NCBI GenBank assembly: GCA_001786015.1
Contig: MFVH01000001.1
Span: 1-41,427 of the forward strand
Origin: Candidatus Nomurabacteria bacterium RIFCSPLOWO2_01_FULL_46_18
Lineage (GTDB): Bacteria; Patescibacteriota; Minisyncoccia; Phycocordibacterales; UBA9973
Reading direction: 5' to 3'
DNA: 41,427 nt
In this document: piece by piece, positions 17,599 through 25,968 of the stretch
Layout of the letters: each line of letters begins with the position of its first letter
How positions within the stretch are numbered: the stretch's first letter is position 1
Translations under genes and position numbers: made by a program
Notes under the pieces: generated by a model
The model's database searches: none
The model's input: the letters and a program-made list of their open reading frames with translations, nothing else
Told to the model about the DNA's origin: nothing

Positions 17599-18648
17599 TT
17601 ATGATTTTAAACCGTCACACGTACCGGTTGTATACTGTGCTTCGTTAATTAATTTACTAAAATGCATAGCGTCTTTTTTGGTTATCCAATATCCCCCCCA
17701 GCCAAAACCTCTTTTTGTGAACAACTGCACAAAGGCTGCTGGCATGTCGGTCACACATGGAGAAGGGGCATCTCTGTACGGATTAGAACTTGGATTAATG
17801 TCCACAGATAACCCAAAAGCGTGCGCCGAAGCAATGGGTGGATTAGAATTAGTTGCGCTTCTTGGATTATACCCTCCGACCGACGTTACTGCATAGTTTT
17901 TTACTTTCGGGTTTGTGCTATTTGCCCACTCCCCATTTATTCCTTGAATTTCTCCCTGTATTGCCTTGTTTACTCGCACAGAGTAACCAAAAAGCATTAC
18001 AGTTACTAACTGGCTTTCGTCGCAGGATGTAAGTGTTTGCCCTTTCACCACTGTTGTTTGTCCACAAATTACTCCCTCTCCCACAGTAATTTCTGGACCC
18101 TCGACAAATTGTATTGTTGTTGTATCTATTTTTAACTCCGTTTTCAACAAATCCGGATTGATGGTAAATAAAATCAGCCACGCTCCAAGCGCGACCAGGA
18201 GGCCGAGCACGGCGTTGGTGATCCTACGTTTGCCGTCTTCCTTGCCGGAGACAAGCTCGGTGGTCATGTATTGAATCCCGCCCATTACAATCATCACCAC
18301 CGCCAGCACCGCCGCCAGGCCGATTGCCAGTTTGATTATTATATTTAAATATTGCCCGAGAGCGTTATCGCCACTTACGTCAATGTTTGATAGCTCTCCT
18401 CCTTCTGGATTAGGCAGAGGGGCGAGAAGATTGTATCCTGAGGAATTCGTAGAATTTGGGAATGGAGTGGATGACCATACTCCGCTACAGTCGTCTTTAG
18501 TTGTGGGGAGAAATGTTGGAGTGGATGGAGAGCCTGGAGTTATAAAAACAGTACAGGTTCCTAATTCTTGCGCGTGCAATTGAAATGCGTAACTAAAAAG
18601 TCCCACCAGCACAATAATTATTAAAATGGAGTGAATAAGTTTTCGCAT
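17599..18648 (-). CDS. Fusion protein: T4SS-pilin-like (VirB2/TrbC-type) TM hairpin plus C-terminal M15-family peptidoglycan peptidase
   Basis: 349 aa with a signal peptide. The hairpin is LNIIIKLAIGLAAVLAVVMIVMGGIQYMT...KRRITNAVLGLLVALGAWLILFTINP. The C-terminus has LAS/M15_4-like motifs SAHAFGLSVDINP and GFGWGGYWITKKDAMHF. Confidence 0.65.
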   Translation of the reverse strand: MRKLIHSILIIIVLVGLFSYAFQLHAQELGTCTVFITPGSPSTPTFLPTTKDDCSGVWSSTPFPNSTNSSGYNLLAPLPNPEGGELSNIDVSGDNALGQYLNIIIKLAIGLAAVLAVVMIVMGGIQYMTTELVSGKEDGKRRITNAVLGLLVALGAWLILFTINPDLLKTELKIDTTTIQFVEGPEITVGEGVICGQTTVVKGQTLTSCDESQLVTVMLFGYSVRVNKAIQGEIQGINGEWANSTNPKVKNYAVTSVGGYNPRSATNSNPPIASAHAFGLSVDINPSSNPYRDAPSPCVTDMPAAFVQLFTKRGFGWGGYWITKKDAMHFSKLINEAQYTTGTCDGLKS

Positions 18649-18649
18649 T

Positions 18650-19621
18650 TTAAAATTCTATATTTATTTCCTTACTGGCTGATTCGAAAATTTTATCGGT
18701 GTTTTCGATCTCCAGTCTCAATTTCGACACCCCGCTTACTCCTCCCTCCACTCTTAGTGGTATCACGTTTTTCTCTACAATTTTCGGCGGAAGCATCAGA
18801 TTATTAATAAACCACCGGAAGGCCAGCTCCGGCCGGCGGATATCCGCGGGGGAAATAAAATAAGGAACCGCGACGATTATCTCTTCGCCTGTAATTCTGT
18901 ATGGATTCGGGAGCGCCTTCTCCCAGAGCGTGCCAAGCTCGCCATCTTTTTTGTAAAAAGCGATTTGAGGCTGGTACGACCCGATATTTATATTCCCGCC
19001 CGAGGAATATTTTCCGTCAATCGTCGAGGCGACCACGCTGATATTACTTGCCTCGTCGAGATAGTCGTTCGAATAAACCAAGAAACTTCTTCCGTAACCG
19101 GAATCCCCCGGCGAATTCTCATAATCTTTCTTCCACTCGTAGGTAAGAGTTTTCGGGCTGGCCAGGCTGCCCCCGATTTTTATCTCCGGCAAGGCCACTA
19201 CTTTTATCTCACTGCCTTCGGTCGGGAGCGCTTTCCCTTTGTAAAATGGCGGCAGGTACGAGTCGGTCGCTTCGAAGAGGAGAACCAATTCGGCCGGCCG
19301 AATGATTATGTTTTTGTCTATTTCTCCATCCGGCAGGAATATTTTGGCGATAATCCTTGTCTCTGTTCCTGAGGCTCCGGCCGTCACCTGGAAAGAACTC
19401 TTCCCGATTCCGGAGAGAACGCTTTTACCGTTTACTATCCACGAGATATTCACCGTACCCAAGTTCGCGGCATAACTCGAAAGCGAAATTGTCACATTCT
19501 CATATGAAGCGGGGTTTTGAGGATTTATACTGACCGAGATCGCCGAAGGCGAAACAGCCAAAGCCCTTCCCGCCATGATTGCCCCAAGTATTGAAATCAG
19601 AAGTAAAAATTTAATTCTCAT
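18650..19621 (-). CDS. Secreted hypothetical protein, probably Ig-like/beta-rich (T4SS-like cluster)
   Basis: 323 aa with signal peptide MRIKFLLLISILGAIMAGRALA. It starts 1 nt before the next gene. I recognise no catalytic motif. Confidence 0.5.
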   Translation of the reverse strand: MRIKFLLLISILGAIMAGRALAVSPSAISVSINPQNPASYENVTISLSSYAANLGTVNISWIVNGKSVLSGIGKSSFQVTAGASGTETRIIAKIFLPDGEIDKNIIIRPAELVLLFEATDSYLPPFYKGKALPTEGSEIKVVALPEIKIGGSLASPKTLTYEWKKDYENSPGDSGYGRSFLVYSNDYLDEASNISVVASTIDGKYSSGGNINIGSYQPQIAFYKKDGELGTLWEKALPNPYRITGEEIIVAVPYFISPADIRRPELAFRWFINNLMLPPKIVEKNVIPLRVEGGVSGVSKLRLEIENTDKIFESASKEINIEF

Positions 19622-19646
19622 ATTTTAATTGTATCATTTACTTAAA

Positions 19647-21476
19647 CTACCCCCCGGCCGCTTCCAATTCCATTTTCGCCTGCCGAATGGATAATATCTG
19701 CGACGGGTCGGAGGTGATAATCTGATCTTCGGTGTAAGAAGCGATCACTTTAATCGCCACATGTTTTAATCCGGCGAAGAAAATTCCTTCCCCAACATCG
19801 GATTCGAGCAGTAAATTTTTCTCCTCGTCGGTCAGATTGAAAGTTTTCTGCAAAATATCGATGGTGGCGGCGGATTGTTTCAGAAGCAGTTGTAAAGATG
19901 AGTTGGTGACGATCGGGACGCCGTAAGGGGAATTCAGAAAGTCGGCCGCGTCCTGGGTGATAGTGGAGAGCCCCAGATAATATTTTCTGCCGCGCTTGGC
20001 CATCGAGTAAAGAAAAGAAGCGGTGTCTTCGGACTTCATCATCCACCACGCTTCATCGACGACCAGCAGGCGTTTTTTCAGATTTTTGCGGATGGCGGTC
20101 CAGATATAATGCATCACAATATACATCGCCACCGGCTTCAATTCGTCTTCCATGTCGCGAACGGAGAAAACAATGAATCTTTTATTGATGTCCACATTCG
20201 AAGGCTGGTTCAAGAAAGTTGCCCAAGTTCCTTTGGTGTACTTGACCAAGCGCTGGATGACCGAGTCGCTCCCCTCCATTCCGGCGAGTACCATCTCAAA
20301 GTCCGAAAGAAGCGGCGGCTCGATGTTTGCAAAATCTGAATTGGGGGTGATGTCTTTGATCGCGTAAGTCTCGGTGATTGCCCGATCCACCATTGAATCT
20401 TCTTCCGGCGTGAGCCCCCCGAGCATCAGGCGGAAAAGCCCGACCAAGTTGATGGTATTGGAACGAAGAACATCCTCCGAAGTTTCATCTTCGCGCGGAA
20501 TCGGTAGGTCAAAGGGATTGATGTGGTGTTCGGAGGAAAGGGAAATGTTGAAATATCGCCCGCCGACCGCCTCGGCCAGGTATTCGTATTCCTTCTCTGG
20601 GTCGATGACGATAACGTCGGTGTCGAACATCAGCGAACGCAGAATTTCCAGTTTAGTTGCGTAGCTTTTGCCGCTTCCGGCCTTGGCGAAGGTCACCGAA
20701 TTGTAATTCTCCAGCGAAAAACGGTCGAAGATGACCAAGCTCGAATTGTGCCGGTTCACTCCGTAGAGTATTCCCCGGTCGGAAGTGAGATCGAAGGAAA
20801 TGAAAGGAAAAACGCTGGAGAGCGGCTCGGAATTCAGTTTTTGGTGGATTCCCAGAAGATCGGTGCCGATCGGGATCACGCTTTTGAAACCCTCCTCCTG
20901 CTGGAAGAGCGCCGGTTTTAAGTAAATGAGCTTCGATTCGAGAATTGATTTGATCTCGTTTTCAACCTTGAAAAGTTCCAGCTCGTTGTCGGCATAAATA
21001 GTAATGTAAATTCCGACATCGAACATTTTTTCCTGCGCCTGGATCAAGTTGTCGCGCAAGCCCTCCAGGTCCTGGTGGGCGGTATCGAGCATCGGGTCCC
21101 GGACCATGCCCTTTCCTTCTCGCACCGAGATCTGGCTTTGCACTTCCGCGACTTTTTTCTGGAATTGGCGCAGGATAAGCGAAGTGTCGATTGGGTGAAT
21201 GAAAATTGAAACATCGAAGATCTTATCCAGATTGATGACCGGAGAGAACCAATTATCCGAAAGATACCGAGGATAGGAGATAACGAAGAAAGTCCGCGCG
21301 ACCTTGGTGCCAAGGTTTATCGCCTTCGATTCGATCTTCAAGGCCGATGGAGCGATTACATCCTGGAGCTCCAGGTTGGCCGATTCGTAGATCTGCTCCG
21401 GCAAGACCGAAAGAACATGGGTATCACCCTTGCCAAGTATTTTATTTCTCCCCAACAATTTATCTAAAATTCCCAT
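19647..21476 (-). CDS. virB4: VirB4/TrbE/PrgJ-like type IV secretion ATPase
   Basis: 609 aa. Walker A FAKAGSGKSYATK, Walker B RLLVVDEAWWMM, and a C-terminal motif LSTITQDAADF. Confidence 0.85.
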   Translation of the reverse strand: MGILDKLLGRNKILGKGDTHVLSVLPEQIYESANLELQDVIAPSALKIESKAINLGTKVARTFFVISYPRYLSDNWFSPVINLDKIFDVSIFIHPIDTSLILRQFQKKVAEVQSQISVREGKGMVRDPMLDTAHQDLEGLRDNLIQAQEKMFDVGIYITIYADNELELFKVENEIKSILESKLIYLKPALFQQEEGFKSVIPIGTDLLGIHQKLNSEPLSSVFPFISFDLTSDRGILYGVNRHNSSLVIFDRFSLENYNSVTFAKAGSGKSYATKLEILRSLMFDTDVIVIDPEKEYEYLAEAVGGRYFNISLSSEHHINPFDLPIPREDETSEDVLRSNTINLVGLFRLMLGGLTPEEDSMVDRAITETYAIKDITPNSDFANIEPPLLSDFEMVLAGMEGSDSVIQRLVKYTKGTWATFLNQPSNVDINKRFIVFSVRDMEDELKPVAMYIVMHYIWTAIRKNLKKRLLVVDEAWWMMKSEDTASFLYSMAKRGRKYYLGLSTITQDAADFLNSPYGVPIVTNSSLQLLLKQSAATIDILQKTFNLTDEEKNLLLESDVGEGIFFAGLKHVAIKVIASYTEDQIITSDPSQILSIRQAKMELEAAGG

Positions 21477-21491
21477 TTTACTTTATAACTT

Positions 21492-22130
21492 TTAACTTAT
21501 TTGTATTTTTCCTTCCATTTCTCCCGGATTGAAAACTTTATAAAATACCTCGACCACCTCTTCGGTGCCAAGCGGCGCCGATTTGATGCCGCAACGGGCG
21601 AGCCCCTCCTGCACTACCGAAACCCTCTGCTCCAACTGGGATCTCTTCTCTTCAAAATCAAGCTGGAGAGCCCTCTCCATTTCTCGAGTATTTTTTCGCC
21701 CGAAGATTTTTCCAAGAATTCCGGTATCCGTCCTTATCGTAATCTGGGTAAAAGGAACGACGACGAAGAAGCTCTTGGTCATGATGGCGACCTGTTCGGT
21801 GAAGTTCCGGATAAATTCGATGTACTCTCGGGTTTGCAGTTTTAGCAGGGGCTCGCTCTGCAGATTTATCCTCTCCTCCAGAACCAGGAGGTACGGACGG
21901 ATATCCAGCCGGCGGGATTGCACGGATATCTGCGTCGGGAAATCAAGAGTGTTCAAGAAACTCTGAAATTGATAGATTGTTGCCCGCTGTTCGTCGGAAG
22001 ACTTCAAAAATAAGTTGGTCGAAGTCGCCAACACGACCTGCCGAAGCGAGCCGTCCTTTAAAACGATTACTCCGTCGCGGACTTCTTTGATCGGGACGAA
22101 TTCTTGAGTTGATTTTGCGCTGATTGCCAT
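21492..22130 (-). CDS. Hypothetical protein resembling a stand-alone VirB4 N-terminal domain, with no ATPase motifs
   Basis: I start it at the ATG at 22128-22130 (MAISAKSTQEFVPIKEVRDGVIVLKDGSLRQVV...), directly after the PrgI-like stop. The track's longer form would overlap the upstream gene by 29 nt. The domain assignment rests on my pattern recognition only. Confidence 0.45.
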   Translation of the reverse strand: MAISAKSTQEFVPIKEVRDGVIVLKDGSLRQVVLATSTNLFLKSSDEQRATIYQFQSFLNTLDFPTQISVQSRRLDIRPYLLVLEERINLQSEPLLKLQTREYIEFIRNFTEQVAIMTKSFFVVVPFTQITIRTDTGILGKIFGRKNTREMERALQLDFEEKRSQLEQRVSVVQEGLARCGIKSAPLGTEEVVEVFYKVFNPGEMEGKIQIS

Positions 22131-22131
22131 A

Positions 22132-22548
22132 TTATTGTTTTTTAAGGTCCAAAACGTCAAGGCTCCACGCGAGATCTCGCAATTTGCTTCCGGAGAGTCG
22201 GGCTTCGCGCGCTATCGGGGCAATCTCGGCTTCCGCCTTTTTCTTTTCCAGCATTTCTCGGGTCATACCTCTCTCCTTCTTCCAAATATAAAGCTTGTCC
22301 TGAAAAAAATATTTGAATCCGGCTTCGACCATGAAGATGAAGGGCTTGCTATTCGGCCGGTAGAAAGCGAGGAGGAGGGCGAAACCACCGACCACCAAGA
22401 TTGGTATGGCCCCCAAAGCAAAGCCGAGGGTGCGGTAGAGCACGAAGCAAATACCGGCTCCGCCGGCCAGGTAGACGAACTGCTTGAAGGTAAAAGGCCC
22501 GAAAATTTTGTCTTCAATCTCCAGAAATTGTGGAACTTTGAATTGCAT
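22132..22548 (-). CDS. PrgI/VirB3-like small membrane protein
   Basis: 138 aa. MQFKVPQFLEIEDKIFGPFTFKQFVYLAGGAGICFVLY followed by a second TM segment. This is the typical PrgI-family N-terminus and topology, positioned upstream of the VirB4-like gene. Confidence 0.7.
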   Translation of the reverse strand: MQFKVPQFLEIEDKIFGPFTFKQFVYLAGGAGICFVLYRTLGFALGAIPILVVGGFALLLAFYRPNSKPFIFMVEAGFKYFFQDKLYIWKKERGMTREMLEKKKAEAEIAPIAREARLSGSKLRDLAWSLDVLDLKKQ

Positions 22549-22552
22549 TGAA

Positions 22553-23149
22553 TTACTCCGGTATTTCCCGATAAGGATCGACCGTTGGTTTTTGGGGAAC
22601 TGGTTTTTCTTCGTCTTTGGTTACATTCGGAACTGAATATTCTGTTTTTGTCGAAGGAATTTGAAAAGAGCCGGAGAGCTTCTGCGCGAGCATTGAAGGA
22701 GCGGGCTTTGTCTCGCCGAAGCCTTTGACGGAGGCGGGAGGGTTTAATTCTGGGGTTGCCAGGTTGGGCTGATTGGATGATGCTGGGATTTCCGGCCCCG
22801 GTTCGAGTGATGGTTCCGCCCCGAGCGGGGTGTTCATTAGTTTCAGCAAGTCCCTTATCTTTAAGAAGATTTTTTCGTTTATATCATTAACGATTAGATG
22901 CCCCTTTTCTTTTTCAAAGCCAAGTTCTTTGGTTAGCTCCATTTCGAAATTATTGGGGTTAATCAGTCCCATCATCACCATCGTCGTTTCTCGCTCCAGA
23001 ATTCCCATCTGCTCGACGTTCAAGTTATATTTTTTGCTTATCTCTATCAGGTCTTCCTGATAATGCGAAGACAAAATTATCTCCTGGATACTCTCCGGCA
23101 GAGCCTCGAATCTTTCTTTTATTAACTCTAATGTTGTATTTTCGTCCAT
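22553..23149 (-). CDS. Hypothetical soluble protein with a Pro-rich C-terminal half (T4SS-like cluster)
   Basis: 198 aa with no TM segment or signal peptide and an acidic helical N-terminal domain. I recognise no family. Confidence 0.45.
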   Translation of the reverse strand: MDENTTLELIKERFEALPESIQEIILSSHYQEDLIEISKKYNLNVEQMGILERETTMVMMGLINPNNFEMELTKELGFEKEKGHLIVNDINEKIFLKIRDLLKLMNTPLGAEPSLEPGPEIPASSNQPNLATPELNPPASVKGFGETKPAPSMLAQKLSGSFQIPSTKTEYSVPNVTKDEEKPVPQKPTVDPYREIPE

Positions 23150-23171
23150 ATTTTAATTATTTTCTAATAAT

Positions 23172-25580
23172 TCATTTATGTTCTTCACCTCCTCCTTTTT
23201 CTCCACTGCCGCCTTTGCCCAAGTCTCCCATTTTACGACTTATATCTGATAATTTTTCTTCACTAACTTTTTCTCCACCGGCTATTTTCCTTAAATAATC
23301 TTTTATTTCCTTGTCGGCCGGCGGAGGCTTTCTGACTGCGGCGGCTACCTCTAGCGTTGACCTGTCAAGCCGGTTAAAGCCGTCCTTAAGTGCCTGCAAA
23401 ATTCCTCCTCCAATTACCAGAGTCCCGGCTCCCACTGCCCCAACTGCTGTTCCGCCTGCAATAGCTCCAGCAGCCGCTACTCCAGCTCCCGCCGGGATCA
23501 TTTTCCCCATCCCACCCAAGAGACCACGCATTGCCTGCTTCAGCGTCCCTCCTTCAACCAAGCTTGCTGCATAGGCGCGCCTTCGGTCGTCGTTAATGTC
23601 TACTACACTTTTTAGACTTCCGCTCTCAACTTTTTTATTTAACCCGTATCCGGATAAATCTCCTCCCCTTTCGTACGTACCCTTGAAAGTTTCCATGAAT
23701 TTTTTCTTGTCATCTTCTGTGAATGTCTGAAAGCGATCTTTTCGTTTCTCTGCCTCTGCACCAAGAGCGCGTACTAGATCTTTTTGATACTGATCGATCC
23801 TTTCTTCTTGCCTGGCTTCTCCCGCCTTAGTTAATAAAATAGTTTTTACTTTTTCTTGTTCTTTGTCTATCCTGCGTTCTATTTGCCCTGCTCTTCCTTT
23901 TTCGAAAGATTTGGTTCCGAGTGGCCCTAACCCCTTGTCAGCAAGTTTAATACCTACCTTGCCTGCTGCCGCTTTTGCTAAGCCAACTTGTCGGACATCG
24001 TAACTTCTCTTGCCAAGGAAATTTCCTGCTCCCAGCGCCATCTTTGCCCTCACTTGTTGCCATTTAGAATATTTTCCTTCTTCATTTGCAGCCATTTCCC
24101 GTCGCTTATCACTGCTAGCAACTCCCGTTCCTATTCTTCCAAAGGTTTGCGTTCCCAAAAGCGCCGCTCCCCCAATTGCTCCTCCCAATGCCGCTCCCCC
24201 CAACATCTTCGCTCCGCCGATGATTTTTTCGGTAAGCTCGCCAGAAGCGGATCTCGCGTACTTGGCTCCTTTTAACAGGGCCATGACGATGAGTGCTGCC
24301 GGTATGAAGATCAGGAGCATCGCCGTAGTCGCTGGTTGACTGTTGGTGACAGCGTCGTCGAATATCTTTGCCGCAAGGATTTCGGAGACAACATAAAGAA
24401 TGAACATGAAAATAGCGGCCACAAATGAAACCGTAAACAGCTGTTTTATCCAACTGTCGAAGCCAATGGTATTAATGCCCTTGAATTTCGGGACGGCGAA
24501 GGTAACAAAGGCAAAAGGGGAAATGATCATGAGCATAATTAGGGTGATAAGCCTTCCGAGAAAACTCAATCCCACAACCAAGAACGCGTAAACAAGCGCG
24601 AAAGCCATGATCCCATATGCAATCATTATTGATATCAAGGCAAACGCGCTTATCCCTTCAATTTTTTCTTTTATTGAGTTTACGGTATCTTGGCTGCACA
24701 CGTAGGAAGCGCCGGTTTGTTTACAACTCTCATCCCTTATTCTTATTGCCTCCTCAAGATTCTCCTCCTTGATTTTCTCCATAATACTTCCGTCGAAGAA
24801 CGCATTGATATCGAATCTTGAAATTAACGCGGCCGCCAGCGGTCTTTCACTGCCTATATTTTGATCTTGAGGAACGTCTTTCGTGTCAATTCGATTGTAG
24901 AAAATAAGCGCGACAATATTAGACGCGTCAATCACAATTTTTGTGAAAAATAGACTAAAATTTACCACCAGCGCTATTAATATCACCGCGGCGATGATTT
25001 TTTTACCTCCTCCATGTCCCAAGTCGAGCATTATCTGAAATGCGGCGTAGAGAAGAATGAGGATGAAGAAAATATTGGCGAAATCGCGGACCACCCGCCA
25101 AATTTTCTCAATAAATTCTTTGCCATACATCGCGCTCGAAAGCGTCAACTGCGCCATCAAGTCAAAAACCTTAGCAGCCATTTTCATGAGAAATGACGGA
25201 ACAGAAACGAAGATAATATATGAAAGCTGTACGGCACATCCCGGTACAATAGAACTTCCTGGTAAAATTCCGCAATTGTAATCACCCAGTTGGTCTTTGA
25301 GGGTTGAACCCGAAGTTGCGGGGGCCGTTTGGATTGGTTGATCCGTAGGCAAAGGATCTCGCCAAACATTTGTCAGGTTACCTCCCCGAGTTGGATCTTT
25401 GCAATTCGCTTCACCCAGGGCCCATAACGGATAGCCGTCGGCTGCATAACAATTTTCAGCTTCAGCCTTCTTTACCGGCACCGCGAACATGCTCAAGCTG
25501 ATTGCCAGGATGATGAGCCCGCCGATAACTCGTCGGGGCCAGTTGAAAGTCAAAAGTTTAAAGTTAAAAGATGGACTCAT
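23172..25580 (-). CDS. VirB6/TrbL-like polytopic membrane protein with a long Gly/Ala-rich and charged C-terminal extension
   Basis: 802 aa. Signal/TM segment, a Cys-containing ectodomain, at least six hydrophobic helices, then a coiled/charged tail. Its ATG overlaps the stop of the upstream gene (ATGA at 25577-25580). Confidence 0.6.
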   Translation of the reverse strand: MSPSFNFKLLTFNWPRRVIGGLIILAISLSMFAVPVKKAEAENCYAADGYPLWALGEANCKDPTRGGNLTNVWRDPLPTDQPIQTAPATSGSTLKDQLGDYNCGILPGSSIVPGCAVQLSYIIFVSVPSFLMKMAAKVFDLMAQLTLSSAMYGKEFIEKIWRVVRDFANIFFILILLYAAFQIMLDLGHGGGKKIIAAVILIALVVNFSLFFTKIVIDASNIVALIFYNRIDTKDVPQDQNIGSERPLAAALISRFDINAFFDGSIMEKIKEENLEEAIRIRDESCKQTGASYVCSQDTVNSIKEKIEGISAFALISIMIAYGIMAFALVYAFLVVGLSFLGRLITLIMLMIISPFAFVTFAVPKFKGINTIGFDSWIKQLFTVSFVAAIFMFILYVVSEILAAKIFDDAVTNSQPATTAMLLIFIPAALIVMALLKGAKYARSASGELTEKIIGGAKMLGGAALGGAIGGAALLGTQTFGRIGTGVASSDKRREMAANEEGKYSKWQQVRAKMALGAGNFLGKRSYDVRQVGLAKAAAGKVGIKLADKGLGPLGTKSFEKGRAGQIERRIDKEQEKVKTILLTKAGEARQEERIDQYQKDLVRALGAEAEKRKDRFQTFTEDDKKKFMETFKGTYERGGDLSGYGLNKKVESGSLKSVVDINDDRRRAYAASLVEGGTLKQAMRGLLGGMGKMIPAGAGVAAAGAIAGGTAVGAVGAGTLVIGGGILQALKDGFNRLDRSTLEVAAAVRKPPPADKEIKDYLRKIAGGEKVSEEKLSDISRKMGDLGKGGSGEKGGGEEHK
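25546..25570. repeat. Left arm of a 25-nt imperfect inverted repeat flanking the four-helix-bundle gene
   Basis: AAAGTCAAAAGTTTAAAGTTAAAAG. Its reverse complement matches 25943-25967 at 22 of 25 positions. It lies within codons 4-12 of the VirB6-like gene. Confidence 0.6.
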
Positions 25581-25927
25581 GTTTTTATCTTTTTAATCAA
25601 GCCCCCTAGCATCCTTGAAATTTCTATTGATGAAGAGCTAATTTTTTCGAATTCATTTTTCGAAATGTAATTTAGGTCCAAGGCAAGATAAAGCATTGAT
25701 CTAACTTCTCCGCATGAACCCTTCGAAATGAACAAGAATTTTCTGAATTCCTTATTACCCATTCTTTCAAATCCCTCGGCTACGTTGTTCATCACTGATA
25801 CGGCCGCTCTCTGTATTTGGTCTCTAAACCCGAAGTCCCTGCTTTGGCCAAAAATTTTATAGCACAACAAGCTTAGTTCTCGCGCCCTTTGCCATATTTG
25901 TATATCCTCGAACTTCTCTATCTTCAT
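25577..25927 (-). CDS. Four-helix-bundle protein of the 23S rRNA intervening-sequence protein / Avd family (TIGR02436-like)
   Basis: 116 aa. FEDIQIWQRARELSLLCYKI, RDQIQRAAVSVMNNVAEGFERMGNKEFRKFLFISKGSCGEVRSMLYLALDLNYI. These are hallmark motifs of this family. Confidence 0.8.
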   Translation of the reverse strand: MKIEKFEDIQIWQRARELSLLCYKIFGQSRDFGFRDQIQRAAVSVMNNVAEGFERMGNKEFRKFLFISKGSCGEVRSMLYLALDLNYISKNEFEKISSSSIEISRMLGGLIKKIKT

Positions 25928-25942
25928 ACTTTTAACTTTTCC

Positions 25943-25967
25943 CTTTTAACTTTTAACCTTTAACTTT
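25943..25967. repeat. Right arm of the inverted repeat flanking the four-helix-bundle gene, within a TTTTAAC-rich tract at 25928-25970
   Basis: CTTTTAACTTTTAACCTTTAACTTT. It is intergenic, between the 775-aa gene stop and the four-helix-bundle gene start. Confidence 0.6.
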
Positions 25968-25968
25968 T

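Noticed and set aside
22135-22551. A 138-aa plus-strand ORF exactly mirroring the PrgI-like gene. Similar antisense ORFs occur at 17324-17896, 20523-20921 and 24010-24339.
   Set aside because: The minus-strand products have clear family signatures (PrgI N-terminus, VirB4 Walker motifs) and fit an uninterrupted operon. The mirror ORFs are compositional artefacts.
25577-25927. A complete diversity-generating retroelement around the Avd-like four-helix-bundle gene.
   Set aside because: There is no reverse-transcriptase ORF anywhere in the window, and I could not find a template/variable repeat pair by eye. The gene overlaps the VirB6-like start, leaving no room for a TR. It is kept only as an orphan Avd-like cassette.
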